A stretch of DNA of 64,000 nucleotides, from contig NIVC01003376.1 in the NCBI GenBank assembly GCA_002269645.1, forward strand, positions 37,026-101,025. The letters run 5' to 3'. Positions 13,345 to 35,930 of this stretch are shown in pieces. The translations under genes were made by a program, and so were the position numbers. The stretch comes from Macrostomum lignano. Its lineage: Eukaryota. The first letter of the stretch is position 1; every line of letters starts with the position of its first letter. The notes under the pieces were generated by a model. It saw nothing but the letters and a program-made list of their open reading frames with translations, did no database searches and was not told where the DNA came from.

Positions 13345-14270
13345 GTTCTCTGGTGGATGCTTGCTATTTAAGGATAGAATACTTGCTATTAGGGGGATGC
13401 TTGCTATCTGAGGGATGCTTGCTATTGGGGGGATGCTTGCTACTGGGGTAACCTGCTATTGGGAGATGCTTGCTTTTGGGGGGTGGAGGGTACTTGCTAT
13501 CTGAGAGGGGGTTGCTAGATATCTATAAGGTCTCTTTGTATCTAGGTTATGCTTGCTATCTGAGGTTGCTTGCAGTCTGGGGGATGCTTGCTATCTGGGC
13601 GATGCTTGCTATCTGGGGGATGCTTGCTATCTGGGGGATGCTTGCTATCTGGGAGATGCTTGCTATCTGGGGGATGCTTGCCATCTGGGGGATGCTTGCT
13701 ATCTGGGATCTAGGGGATGCTTGCTATCTGGGGGATGCTTGCTATCTGGGGGATGCTTGCCATCTGGGGGATGCTTGCTATCTGGGGGATGCTTGCTATC
13801 TGGGCATACATGAGCAATTTCCAAAATTCGGTCAGCCATGCAACTTAGTTTTAACAAAAATGCGACATAGTTTTTGGCCAAAAATGCAACTTACATGTAA
13901 AAAAACCCTAAAGCAAAATTAATGCAACTTTGGGTAAATGGCAGAAGTAACTATGACTGTCTTATTAAGCCAAAATGCCTCGTCAGCTACTTAGTACTAC
14001 TACTTGGGTTATTTTTTTGGGTGGGCATTTTTGCGACTTCCTTGGTTGGCCGCCAAATCGGTCGGCCAGATTGGCCAACTCGGCCGACTATTGCGCATGT
14101 ATGTATCTGGGGGATGCTTACAGTCTGGGGGATGCTTGCTATCTAGGGTCTGGGGGATGCTTGCTAGCTGGGGGATGCTTGCTATCTGTAGGATGCTTGC
14201 AATCTGAGGGATGCTTGCTATTTGGGGATCAATGCTTGAATGCTGTCTGGGGATGCTTGCTGTCTTGGGA
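13345..14270. repeat. About 19-bp satellite (GGGGATGCTTGCTATCTG)n interrupted by a MITE
   Basis: Tandem array. Confidence 0.9.
13805..14103 (-). mobile_element. hAT-type MITE family A, inverted copy
   Basis: Reverse complement of 12639-12934; 8-bp TSD TATCTGGG at 13797-13804 and 14104-14111. Confidence 0.88.
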
Positions 14271-15189
14271 TGTTTTGTTTTTAGAAGGAATATCTGTTGT
14301 TTTTTATGAAGGCTTTATTTTGCTGTCTATTTGTTACTTGTAAAGAACAAAGATTCTATCCAGATGTCCCCATTGGTAGGCGAAGATTGCTAGTTCAAAC
14401 TAAAATTAATTATGCAAAGCTAATTAAAACTTTAATAGTTTTCTTATTGTTATTTTATTGATTATTCAATAAATTGTTTTTTGTTTAAAGATTGTTGCAA
14501 TATAAAACTATAGAAAATAATAGAAAGTAGGTCATTAAGAGTATAAGACTAGAGGTTGGACAAGTCAAGATCTTAATCTTGATTCTTAAAATTTTAGCAC
14601 TTCACTTAATTTCAATCTTGGCTTTAAGATCCTGAGAAAAAGTTATGATTTATATCATGACTATGATTTTTTGTGATTATGAATAATATTATTATACTTA
14701 TATTTGAAGAAAAAGTTTTTATTTAAAGGGTATAAATGAATATATCAAGTTATTAACAAGCTCAATATTAAATTATCATTGTTTTTTCTTCTATTATCAT
14801 TATTGTATATATTTAAAAAATAAAAATATTAGCATTAATAGATTTAATAATAAATAGACCTACTATATACTAATTAGGCTTAATCTTAAATCTTGGTCAA
14901 ATCTCAATTGTCTTAATAGTATAGATCTTGAGTCTTAAAAAACTAAAAAAATATGATATTTTTTAGCCCTTAACCAAGACCTTTATAAGATTAAGAAACT
15001 CAAAATAGTTATCTATGGTCAAAATTATGACTAAAAAGGAGTTATACGAGTAATACTTGTAGAAATAAAAAACTTTCAATTTTATAGTTCAGTCATTTGA
15101 GGTACCTTTATTTTTATGAAATAGCTTGTGTTCTTCATTGCAATTGAACTAAAAGTAAAAATGCTATTTTACTAAGTATATATATATAT

Positions 15190-15232
15190 ATAATATGCCT
15201 GAGTTGCTCATCTAGTTATTTTAGTATCTGTG
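15190..15232 (-). mobile_element. Solo terminus of hAT-type element family C
   Basis: Reverse complement reads CACAGATACTAAAATAACTAGATGAGCAACTCAGGCAT, matching the left end at 59670. Confidence 0.6.
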
Positions 15233-15404
15233 GCCCTTATTGGTATAACCACTAGCAACTGAGAAGCTTGGAAAAACTATAAGCCATACCTTAAGTCCGT
15301 TAGCTCAGTACTACACTGGGCCCTTGAGGGCAACAGGAAGGCTATCTCTAGAACCTGCAAACTGGCTGCATACCCTGTTAAGGTCAGAGGGGGTGATTCC
15401 TGAT

Positions 15405-15576
15405 CATACATGCGCAACCTTGGGAATCACTCGGCCGTTTCTATTGGCAACACACACATGTAAGTCGCTATTGGTTGAGAGCAGTCACGTGACTACTATT
15501 CCGTCCAATAGCGACTTTCATGCGTGTGTTGCCAATAGAAACGGCCGGGTGAATCCTTAGGTTGCGCCCAAGCATG
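15405..15576 (+). mobile_element. Fold-back hAT-type MITE family B (same TIR start as family A)
   Basis: Near-palindromic 172 bp; 8-bp TSD TTCCTGAT; second copy at 39675-39846. Confidence 0.88.
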
Positions 15577-16013
15577 TTCCTGATCTTCAGAGCCATAGCC
15601 AGATATACCTTGATACACACAGGTTTGCTTCTGGGCACCCAATATGGCCAAGACAGAAGCCAAGTCCAGCAGCCCTAGAGGTGCCCTGAGCACATGTGGA
15701 ATGTGAACCCCTGGGTTGGCTTGTGAGTCAGCTTGGGGAGAGTTCTGCTATTCCTGCACCATAATAGAGGGGGTACAGGTGTGCAGGGTTGCAGACCTTA
15801 GGTTGTAAGCCTGGTTTGTCTCATACTACACAGGCGTGCTGAGCTCACCATTGCATACAAGTTCATTACATATTTTCATCAGAAGTTCAAACCCATAGTC
15901 AGTTTAACCCCCCCCCCCCGCTCCACCCGAATTATTTGCATGCATTGTCAGCCAAGGTTCAAATTGCAGGCATCAATCTAATCTAACTTGATTAGTTTAT
16001 TTTGTTTTGAAAC

Positions 16014-25243
<9,230 letters not shown>

Positions 25244-25934
25244 ACCCAGTCTGTCTAGTGATTCTTTAGTGCACTTTAACAGTACTTTTGTAACCAGCAG
25301 CAAAACTTAATGACGTTGTCTATTCTAAAAAGTCATCGTCATTCAATTCAGTTAAAAGCTTTCTCTGTTTATTTATATTAATGTTTTTGGGTTCAAGGTA
25401 TTTACATAACATACTACTTATGTAATATCTAATCATCGATTTGTGACGAATTGAAGTTTCAGTGCGGGTGCGACCACTCTAGACGAGTTTTTCGACACTG
25501 TGTTGGGCTTTTAGCCATAGGCAATCGGTGAGTGGACTAGAGATCTCTGAATGTTGAAAATTTGCATAAATTTCATACATATTTATTTAGTAACATTAGT
25601 TGCATTTTCAATCTGAGACAAAATTAAACGGAAATACTTTTAGACAGAAGTAGATGGATTTATTCTGTCTGAGAGAGTGAAGTCGTGTAGGAAATCAGTT
25701 CCGCTATTTATAATATTTTTCGTGCATACTTTCACATCCCGGTCTTTGTGCTGTCTGTGTTGCTGTCTTTTCTCTACATTATTGTGTATGATTACATTGT
25801 CCCCTATGCCAGTACAAAATTTTCAAACAAGTCATTATGAATGTGTAAAATTTGCTACTGTGTTTACGAATATATTTTTGTTTGTAATTTTGTTACAAAT
25901 ATTCTCCAATTTGTAAGTTAATGAGCTCGCTTCC

Positions 25935-26335
25935 TTCTGACCAGATCCTCAGTTGCTGGGGAGCCTCCCAGATCCTCAGTTGCTGGGCCAGCCTCCCAGA
26001 TCCTCAGTACTGGTCCAGCCTGTCAGATACTCAGTTGCTGGGCCGCCTCTCAGATCCTCAGTTGCTGGGCAGCCTCCCAGATCCTCAGTTGCTGGGCAGC
26101 CTCTCAGATCCTCAGTTGCTGGGCAGCCTCCCAGATCCTCAGTTGCTGGGCAGCCTCTCAGATCCTCAGTTGCTGGGCAGCCTCCCAGATCCTTAGTACT
26201 GGTCCAGCCTCTCAGATCCGCAGTTGCTGGGCAGCCTCCCAGATCCTCAGTACTGGTCCAGCCTCCCAGATCATCAGTTGCTGGGCCAGCCTCCCAGATC
26301 CTCAGCCTCCCAGATCCTCAGTTGCTGGGCCACCA
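25935..26335 (+). repeat. Minisatellite family P, intergenic
   Basis: 28-31-bp variants of the same unit. Confidence 0.9.
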
Positions 26336-26744
26336 GCCGTATATTCTTCAAGCCACATCAACTTCGTTTAAGGATTAATCATGATTGTCAACTGTACATC
26401 ATTGATTTTTTATTTCGTTTAGATAAGATATTTTTACCCAGTTTGTTTGTCACCTGTTTTCTTAATGTTCCTCAAACGTTTTGCACCTATATATTCCGCG
26501 AAGTCATTGTTTCTACTTAAGTAGACTATTTCAAATGTTAGTAGTATTTTCTCATCGCGAAGTAGGGTTTTCTGTTTTCAATCAAAATCTTGAAGCATTG
26601 CTTGATTTTCAATTGTAATTTGTGGCCTCATAATACAAAAAACACTTACAATGCTCTTCTTTATTATTTTTTGTGCAGTTGTAGCTGTAAACAGTTGTTT
26701 GTTAATTGCAGTTACCCTAAAATTACATCTACTCATTTTAGTAA

Positions 26745-27200
26745 TTGTGCAATGTACATATGCTAGTCAGCAGGAGCCTAGACCCTAATCAATCCAGCCA
26801 ATGTACATATGCTAGTCAGCAGGAGCCTAGACCCTAATCAACCCAGCCAATGTACGTATGCTAGTCAGCAGGAGCCTAGACCCTAATCAACCCAGCCAAT
26901 GTACGTATGCTAGTCAGCAGGAGCCTAGACCCTAATCAATCCAGCCAATGTACATATGCTAGTCAGCAGGAGCCTGGACCCTAATCAATCCAGCCAATGT
27001 ACATATGCTAGTCAGCAGGAGCCTAGACCCTAATCAATCCAGCCAATGTACATATGCTAGTCAGCAGGAGCCTGGACCCTAATCAATCCAGCCAATGTAC
27101 ATATGCTAGTCAGCAGGAGCCTGGACCCTAATAAATCCTGCCGATGTACATATGCTATCAGCAGGAGCCTAGACCTTAATCAATACAGCAAATGTACACA
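26745..27200. repeat. 49-bp minisatellite (AGCCAATGTACATATGCTAGTCAGCAGGAGCCTAGACCCTAATCAATCC)n
   Basis: Tandem array, about 9 units. Confidence 0.93.
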
Positions 27201-27347
27201 AGGCTATAGTTTTATAGACAAATTTATAAATTATTTTGCGTCATAACCATTGATACTTGACCCAACTGTTCATGCCGAGATCAATACAAGACACCTAAAA
27301 GTCAATTTATCCAAAAATAATCCATACGTCAAAGGCGCCGCTCAATC

Positions 27348-30300
27348 ATGGACTGGAGCCAACAGGTGCCATCCTACACAGCCTGGGTGAACAGTCAGTT
27401 GAAGAAGCGACCAGGCTATCCGCTAGTAAAAGATCTAACAGATCCCAGCATATTAAACGGCACCAGCCTAGCAGTCTTAGTTGAAACTGTTGCCGACGTT
27501 AAACTAGAAGACATCATCTGGTATCCCATAGACGACTACGATCGAGAGCAGAACATCCTAGTAGTGCTGGATTTCATGCGATCCCGCCGAATCAGAATGC
27601 ATCGCATTGAACGCGCGTAGTCATGTCAGGCGATGTTAAAGCTGTTATGAGATTAATATTGGCATTAGCTGCTCACTATAAGCCAGCTTCTGTTCGGCAT
27701 CAAAAGCAGGCCGCTCAACAGCAACAAGCCGCCGACGGAGCTACTCTGTCCCGAGCTAGAAAGAAGCTGTCATCGGCTAATAATCATAATAATAATGGCG
27801 AAGAGACGCCAGCTTCCGGTTGGCTATCTAGCGGCTGCAACAGTCCCAGACACGGAGCTACGCCTACAATATCTGCCGGTTCTCATGCCAGCTCACCTAC
27901 TGCTCAGTTGCTAGGCTCCGGTTCTACAGCGGCCTCGTCTGCTAGCGGCAATGGCAGCGAATTGGAAGAGGCCAGAAGTGAATTGAAAGAGATGCGCAGC
28001 CTTATACTACGGTTGCAGGACGCTCTGTCGTCTGGTGCAGCTTCTCCAATGTCTGCGGAATCCAACTGTTCGTCGAATCATTCAGGAATGGACGGCTGTT
28101 TCTGCGGCAGCGGCGACAAGATGCACCAGCAGGAGCAACAGAAGCAACAGCAGCAGACGGTGGATGAACTGACGCTAAAGGTAGATTTGTTTGATTTCTG
28201 TCGAGATTCCATCATTCTGAACCCTAAAATTGTGTTGAACACTGCAGCGCCTTGCTTAAAGCTCTGATTATATTCCCGAGCTTTGTTTCTGAAGCCTGAG
28301 AGTCTGTGTCTTAAAGCCTAAAAGTCTTCATCCTAAAGGCTGGGAGTCTTTATCCTGAAGCCTGGGATTCTTGATCCTGAAGCCTGAGATTCTTGATCCT
28401 GAATTCTGAGTCTTGATCCTGAAGCATGAGGCTCTTGATCCTGAAGCATGATATTCTTGATCCTGAAGCCTGAGATTCTTGATCCTGAATTTTGAGAGTC
28501 TTGATCCTGAAGCCTGAGATTCTTGATCCTGAAGCATGAGGCTCTTGATCCTGAAGTCTGAGATTATTGATCCTGAATTCTGAGAGTCTTTATCCTGAAG
28601 CATGAGGCCCTTGATCCTGACGCATGATATTCTTGATCCTGACGCATGATATTCTTGATCCTGAAGTCTGAGAGTCTTGATCCTGAAGCATGAGATTCTT
28701 GTTCCTGAATTCTGAGAGTCTTGATCCTGAAGCATGAGGCTCTTGATCCTGAAGCCTGAGATTCTTGATCCTGAAGCATGAGGCTCTTGATCCTGAAGCC
28801 TGAGATTCTTGATCCTGAAGCATGAGGCTCTTGATCCTGAAGTCTGAGATTATTGATCCTGAATTCTGAGAGTCTTTATCCTGAAGTATGGGGCTCTTGA
28901 TCCTGAAGCATGATATTCTTGATCCTGAAGCATGAGGCTCTTGATCCTGAAGTCTGAGAGTCTTGATCCTGAAGCATAAGGCTCTTGATCCTGAAGCCTG
29001 ACTGCCTGAGGGTCTGTATCCTGACGCATAGGAGTCTTTATCCTGAAGTCTAATAGTATGAATCCTGAAGGCTAAGAGTATTAATCTTGAAGTCTAAGAG
29101 TATGAATCCTGAAGTCTAAGAGTATTAATCTTGAAGTCTAAGAGTATGAATCCTGAAGTCTAATAGTATGAATCCTGAAGTCTAAGAGTATGAATCTTGA
29201 AGTCTAAGAGTATGAATCCTGAAGTCTAAGAGTATGAATCCTGAAGTCCAAGACTATGAATCTTGAAGTCTAAGAGTATGAATCCTGAAGGCTAAGAGTA
29301 TGAATCCTGAAGTCTAAGAGTATGAATCTTGAAGTCTAATAGTATGAATCCTGAAGGCTAAGAGTATGAATCTTGAAGTCTAATAGTATGAATCCTGAAG
29401 GCTAAGAGTATTAATCTTGAAGTCTAATAGTATGAATCCTGAAGTCTAAGAGTATGAATCTTGAAGTCTAAGAGTATGAATCCTGAAGTCTAATAGTATG
29501 AATCCTGAAGTCTAAGAGTATGAATCCTGAAGTCTAAGAGTATGAATCCTGAAGTCTAATAGTATGAATCCTGAAGTCTAAGAGTATGAATCCTGAAGTC
29601 TAAGAGTATGAATCCTGAAGTCTAAGACTATGAATCTTGAAGTCTAAGAGTATGAATCTTGAAGTCTAAGAGTATTGGTCCTGGAGTCTAAGAGTCTTGA
29701 TCCCTGAGCTTCGATACTCTTGGTCCTGAAGTTCAAGAGTCATAATCCTGAAGTGCGAGAGTCTTGATTCTGAATTTTTGAACCATAGATTCCATCTCCC
29801 CAATGATGTCATAATCCCTCACGGTTATGTACAATGCTACTCGAACTCCATCCCAAACTCCCCAAGGTCGAAGAGCTGCAATACACTCTGCGCTACAGCG
29901 AACAGCGTCGCGAAATGGCCGAACGCGAAGCCGCCGCCGCTCGTAACGACAATGAACGACTTCGCCGCCTAGTAGCTGAGCATCAGCAGTGCGTAGCCGC
30001 TCTGAGCAGCGAGTTGGATCGATTGAAATGCTCAAATTCTGAGTCTGCTACTACTTCCACTGCTGGCGCTGGTGATGCTCATTCTGTCGGCGACTCTGCC
30101 GGATCCGAGGCAGCCGTGGCTGCCCAGTGCATCAGTCGGTTGAGATTGGCTCTGCCACCTGGCGACACCGGTTCACAGGTGGTGCTAGACACCCTGGAGC
30201 ACGCTTTGCACCTGTCCTCAGCTAATTCTAGCGCTACTACATCGGCTAGTCAGCAAAGTTTAACTCCACAGCAACGTAAAATGCAATTAAAACGATTGCC

Positions 30301-31703
30301 GTTGTCTGCTGTGCCTGGTTTTCCTATACATCGATTAGATGTGCCAGATACTACTGGTTCGGCAATTGGCATTAGTAGTACTAGTAGTGGTGGGCCAGTT
30401 AGTACCAGGTGTCTGTACTATACTGAGCGGAGTGCCGCGCCGTACCTGCTTAATATCCCTAAGCCTATTGGGCAGGTAAGAATTCACCGCAATTGTTGTG
30501 TCATTCAGTCTTAGAGATTTTTATTTAATTGTGTCATACAGTTTTATCATTGTTATTTGGCGTCATCATCACCTGTGGCTTCTACGGCTTTATCATATCA
30601 TAATCCAGCTTTATTATCTAGTAGCCATTCAGCTTCATCCTCACTTGATCATACAGCTTCATCCTCACTTGATCATTCAGCTTCATCCTCACTAGATCAT
30701 ACAGCTTCATCATCACTAGATCATACAGCTTCATCATCACTTGATCATACAGCTTCATCATCACTAGATCATACAGCTTCATCCTCACTAGATCATACAG
30801 CTTCATCACCAGGTAGCACAGCTACATTATCTATTCATTCAGCTTCATCACCAGGTAACACAGCTTCATCATCTATTCATTCAGCTTTATCACCAGGTAG
30901 CACAGCTTCATCATCTATTCATTCAGCTTTATCACCAGGTAGCACAGCTTCATCATCTATTCATTCAGCTTCATCATCAGGTAACACAGCTTCATCATCT
31001 ATTCAGTCAGCTTTATCACCAGGTAGCACTGCTTCATCATCTATTCATTCAGCTTCATCATCAGGTAACACAGCTTCATCATCTATTCATTCAGCTTCAT
31101 CACCAGGTAACACAGCTTCATCATCTACCATTCAGCGTCATCACCAGGTCCTGCAGCTCGATCTTCTCTTCATCCAGTTATTGTTGATTGTATTTTTAGT
31201 TGCCTTAATCTCTAATATAAATGAATAAAATATCAATAAATTTACAAACTAATCTACAGGTAACACTGGGCGACATCAAACGTTGCATCCAGCTTCCGCC
31301 AAATTCTTCTCAGCATCAGCAGCAGTCCGGTGGGCCCCAATTCAGTCCTTGGCGCTACCTGTTCAAGGTGCCGCAACAGCAGCAGCAGCAGCAGCAACAG
31401 CTACAAAAACCAACAAAAATCGAAGTTGCCGACGACAATCAAGTAGTTCCAGTTTGGGAGGATAAAATTGTAGTCTGGGTTGTCTCAAGCAGTTCCTCTC
31501 AGAAGGCCGAATCTCACACTAACGGATTTCATCATCAACAGCAGCAACAGCGCGGATATTCTACTGCTAATAGTAGCAACGGTAAAAAATACTATCACCA
31601 TGGCAACGGCAGCATCAGCGTTAGTGGCAACGGTGGAATTCAATTGTTACCGCCTGGGCATCAGCAGCAGCAGCAGCAGCAGGCTCGGGCCACGCTACTG
31701 TGA
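27348..31703 (+). CDS. DIXDC1: Dixin/DIXDC1 (CH domain, coiled coil, DIX domain). Exons 27348-28180 (one-base frameshift near 27615), 29867-30475, 31260-31703
   Basis: QQVPSYTAWVNSQLKKRPG...IRMH / VKAVMRLILALAAHYKP matches the DIXDC1 CH domain; TRCLYYTERSAAPYLLNIPK|VTLGDIK...RYLFK...VPVWEDKIVVWV matches DIX; phase-0 GT-AG introns. Confidence 0.88.
28300..29760. repeat. About 22-bp minisatellite grading from (TCTTGATCCTGAAGCCTGAGAT)n to (TATGAATCCTGAAGTCTAAGAG)n in DIXDC1 intron 1
   Basis: Tandem array; unit switch at about 29040. Confidence 0.92.
30610..31160. repeat. 21/42-bp minisatellite (CAGCTTCATCATCACTAGATCATA-like) in DIXDC1 intron 2
   Basis: Tandem array. Confidence 0.88.
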
Positions 31704-32167
31704 TTAATAGACTTGAACCGCAAGAACGTTTTTTGTTTACCATTTCGCTTAAATAAACTATGATAGTACAGTTTTTTTTCATAATTTTATAACGACACAC
31801 TTGATATTGTAAATATGATAGATATCTACGTTATAATACTGCATAACACAGCGCAACCTATTTGCAATCTGGCACAAATAGAACTCTTTTATTGTTTTGT
31901 TATTCTCGTTTAGAAAACGCGAGCATTTTCTCTAAGGATTTGTGCGCGCTTTCTTTTTTTCAAACCTGTTATGATCTCGCTTTACTTATTTTAGTATGGA
32001 TTAACTTTTTTATTCGTATTAGTACTTCTGATACAAACTTTGTTTTGTTAGTGAATTTTTAATCTTGAATTTATGAAACTATTTGAAATTGCAGTTTCGT
32101 AAATATCGAAACATGCTGTGTATATTCATTCGAAAAATCAAACTTACACAACAATGACAATTTACTG

Positions 32168-32610
32168 ATGTATGCTGCCGCCTCCCCACAAACCCCACTC
32201 AGCCCCAATGTACACTGCCTCCTCCCCACAAACCCCACTCAGCTCCAATGTACACTGCCTCCTCCCCACAAACCCCACTCAGCCCCAATGTACACTGCCT
32301 CCTCCCCACAAACCCCACTCAGCTCCAATGTACACTGCCTCCTCCCCACAAACCCCACTCAGCCCCAATGTACACTGCCTCCTCCCCACAAACCCCACTC
32401 AGCCCCAATGTACACTGCCTCCTCCCCACAAACCCCACTCAGCCCCAATGTACACTGCCTCCTCCCCACAAACCCCACTCAGCCCCAATGTACACTGCCT
32501 CCTCCCCACAAACCCCACTCAGCCCCAATGTACACTGCCGCCTCCCCACAAACCCCACTCAGCCCCAATGTACACTGCCTCCTATCTGCAAGCCCCACTC
32601 AGCCCCAATA
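32168..32610. repeat. 40-bp minisatellite (AATGTACACTGCCTCCTCCCCACAAACCCCACTCAGCCCC)n
   Basis: About 11 tandem copies. Confidence 0.95.
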
Positions 32611-33221
32611 AACTTTCAAAAAGACAGCATCCTATCTTTACAACTTACAAAGTCGTACAAGTAGCATATCGCGTATTTTTGCGTCTTGCTATACATCGTA
32701 ATATAAATTTCATCAGCATTGCACTTTTGCGTGCGCAAGTCTTCAAGCAGCCGAACCATTTTTATGTTTTCTGTTTTTTTGTCACACCAAGCCTTGTTCT
32801 TTAAAGTTTTTTTTAAAAAATGCAATAACGCTGTTTTTTGCAAGTCTGGTAAAATCAGAATCGGCAATAAAATAACTTTAATAGAAATCTTATTTTCAGT
32901 TTTCTGCAAAATCCTGTTGTCACAAACCGTACTTGTCCATCGAATGTAATTTAATTTTTACGTTCACATCGTTTTTTAGTTTTCACCGCTTTATTTAAAG
33001 TTTTTTTGCGTATAATACAATATGTTCTCGTGTGATGTATATTTATAACAAATCAATTTTGTGTTTTTTCAACTCTTTATCCAGGGTTGTGAACCTTCGA
33101 TCAACGAAGGTTCTTGTACTGTTAAAATAACAATTCGCTTCATTTTATGATTTGTCTACTCCACTCAATTTCTAAACTCTCTCTCGACTCAATTTATGTA
33201 AATAGCTTCTAGCTTACCATA

Positions 33222-34570
33222 TCTGTTAGATGCCTATACCCTAGTACAGGTGCCTATACTCTGTTAAATGCCTATACCCTAGTACAGGTGCCTATACTCT
33301 GTTAAATGCCTATACCCTAGTACAGGTGCCTATACTCTGTTAGATGCCTATACCCTAGTACAGGTGCCTATACTCTGTTAGATGCCTATACCCTAGTACA
33401 GGTGCCTATACTCTGTTAGATGCCTATACCCTAGTACAGGTGCCTATACTCTGTTAGATGCCTATACCCTAGTACAGGTGCCTATACTCTGTTAGATGCC
33501 TATACCCTAGTACAGGTGCCTATACTCTGTTAGATGCCTATACTCTGTTAGATGCCTATACCCTAGTACAGGTGCCTATACTCTGTTAGATGCCTATACC
33601 CTAGTACAGGTGCCTATACTCTGTTAGATGCCTATACCCTAGTACAGGTGCCTATACTCTGTTAGATGCCTATACCCTAGTACAGGTGCCTATACTCTGT
33701 TAGATGCCTATACTCTGTTAGATGCCTATACCCTAGTACAGGTGCCTATACTCTGTTAGATGCCTATACCCTAGTACAGGTGCCTATACTCTGTTAGATG
33801 CCTATACCCTAGTACAGGTGCCTATACTCTGTTAGATGCCTATACCCTAGTACAGGTGCCTATACTCTGTTAGATGCCTATACCCTAGTACAGGTGCCTA
33901 TACTCTGTTAGATGCCTATACCCTAGTACAGGTGCCTATACTCTGTTAGATGCCTATACTCTGTTAGATGCCTATACCCTAGTACAGGTGCCTATACTCT
34001 GTTAGATGCCTATACCCTAGTACAGGTGCCTATACTCTGTTAGATGCCTATACTCTGTTAGATGCCTATACCCTAGTATAGGTGCCTATACTCTGTTAGA
34101 TGCCTATACCCTAGTATAGGTGCCTATACTCTGTTAGATGCCTATACCCTAGGATAGGTGCCTATACTCTCTGTTAGATGCCTATACTCTGTTAGATGCC
34201 TATACCCTAGTACAGGTGCCTATACTCTGTTAGATGCCTATACCCTAGTACAGGTGCCTATACTCTGTTAGATGCCTATACTCTGTTAGATGCCTATACC
34301 CTAGTATAGGTGCCTATACTCTGTTAGATGCCTATACTCTGTTAGATGCCTATACCCTAGTATAGGTGCCTATACTCTGTTAGATGCCTATACCCTAGGA
34401 TAGGTGCCTATACTCTCTGTTAGATGCCTATACCCTAGTATAGGTGCCTATACTCTGTTAGATGCCCATACCCTAGTATAGGTGCCTATACTCTGTTAGA
34501 TGCCTATACTCTCTGTTAGATGTCTATACTATCTTTTAGATGTTTATACTCTCTGTTAGATGTCTATACC
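33222..34570. repeat. 38-bp bipartite minisatellite (TGCCTATACCCTAGTACAGGTGCCTATACTCTGTTAGA)n
   Basis: Tandem array of two related half-units. Confidence 0.95.
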
Positions 34571-35574
34571 CTCCCCTAACTATCTATATACCCTCTCCTA
34601 GGTCTCTATGCTCTGTCCTATATGCCTATACCATCTAGACATCCATGCCCTGCTAGATTTCTGTAGCTTCTCATAGATTTTCTACACTCTCCTACCCTCC
34701 CTGTCTCCTTAACTTCAGGCCGTAGTTTTGATTCACATTTGATTAAAAATTTGTTACTAATACAGAAAGTAACTAAAAAGTTAAATAAATATGTATTTAT
34801 TACAGTCTTTCCCTTTACTGCCTTGCTCGGATCTGCAGCTGATTTCAATTTTAAATCGAGCGTATTTGCTAGTAAAATCATGCAAACTTTCTCATCAATT
34901 CACAGATTAATAACTTTCATTATTGTATTTGTTTTATTTTGCATGCAGTTTGAAACAGCTGAAGTTGTGTGTTGTTGGTCTTTTTTTGCGCGGTTACCCT
35001 TGTGCATATGGATACGTTTTGTATCAAGTTTTAATAATATAAATATGTATATTTCTGCGAAACCCTACCAAACTATTCATATATTCATTGTGTGTTTTGA
35101 AAATACTACGAGCCACTTGAATATTTGTTCGTGCATGACACTTTTTGCTACTTTACTGAATTCTCTCTCAGAGGGTGAAATTTTTGTTTCGTCTGCCGCT
35201 GTGACTTTAGTAGTGAGTGCTGTTCTGTGTTTTTTTTACCTATAATAAATATATGCGTAAATAACTTTTTTGTCTTCACCCGCTGTAGTGTGTAAAAGTG
35301 TTGATTCTGGTTTAGATTCATATAGAGAGAACACAGTTGGTAACAGATCGGCATATTTGCTATAAATTAAATATCTAAATCTATTTTTTGTTATATCTGC
35401 ATGTTTTGAATTTAGCGTATTCAGTGAAAGTTTTCAAAATAATAATTATAATATTAGCCACTTAAGTACCTCGGCTAGTTTTTGCTCTGTAATAACTGTT
35501 GGTACAATTTTCATTGTTCTTTTCGTAATAGTTTTTTCATTTTTCCTGCATGATAGCGATGTACTTTAGTGAGC

Positions 35575-35930
35575 GGTATTCAATATCTAGATAGACTTAG
35601 CGAGTGTCTCTTAAATATTTAGATAGACTTAGCGAGTGGCTCTTCAATATCTAGATATGCTTAGCGAGTGGCTCTTCAATATCTAGATAGACTTAGCGAG
35701 TGGCTCTTCAATATCTAGATAGACTTAGCGAGTGGCTCTTCAATATCTAGATAGACTTAGCGAGTGTCTCTTAAATATTTAGATAGACTTAGCGAGTGGC
35801 TCTTAAATATCTAGATATGCTTAGCGAGTGGCTCTTCAATATCTAGATATGCTTAGCGAGTGGCTCTTCAATATCTAGATAGACTTAGCGAGTGGCTCTT
35901 CAATATCTAGATAGACTTGGCGAGTGACTT
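35575..35930. repeat. 32-bp minisatellite (ATAGACTTAGCGAGTGGCTCTTCAATATCTAG)n
   Basis: About 11 tandem copies. Confidence 0.93.

Noticed and set aside
33091-33113. Perfect 9-bp stem hairpin GAACCTTCG-ATCAA-CGAAGGTTC as a Helitron 3' end or terminator
   Set aside because: No CTRR terminus at the expected distance and no matching 5' TC end identified
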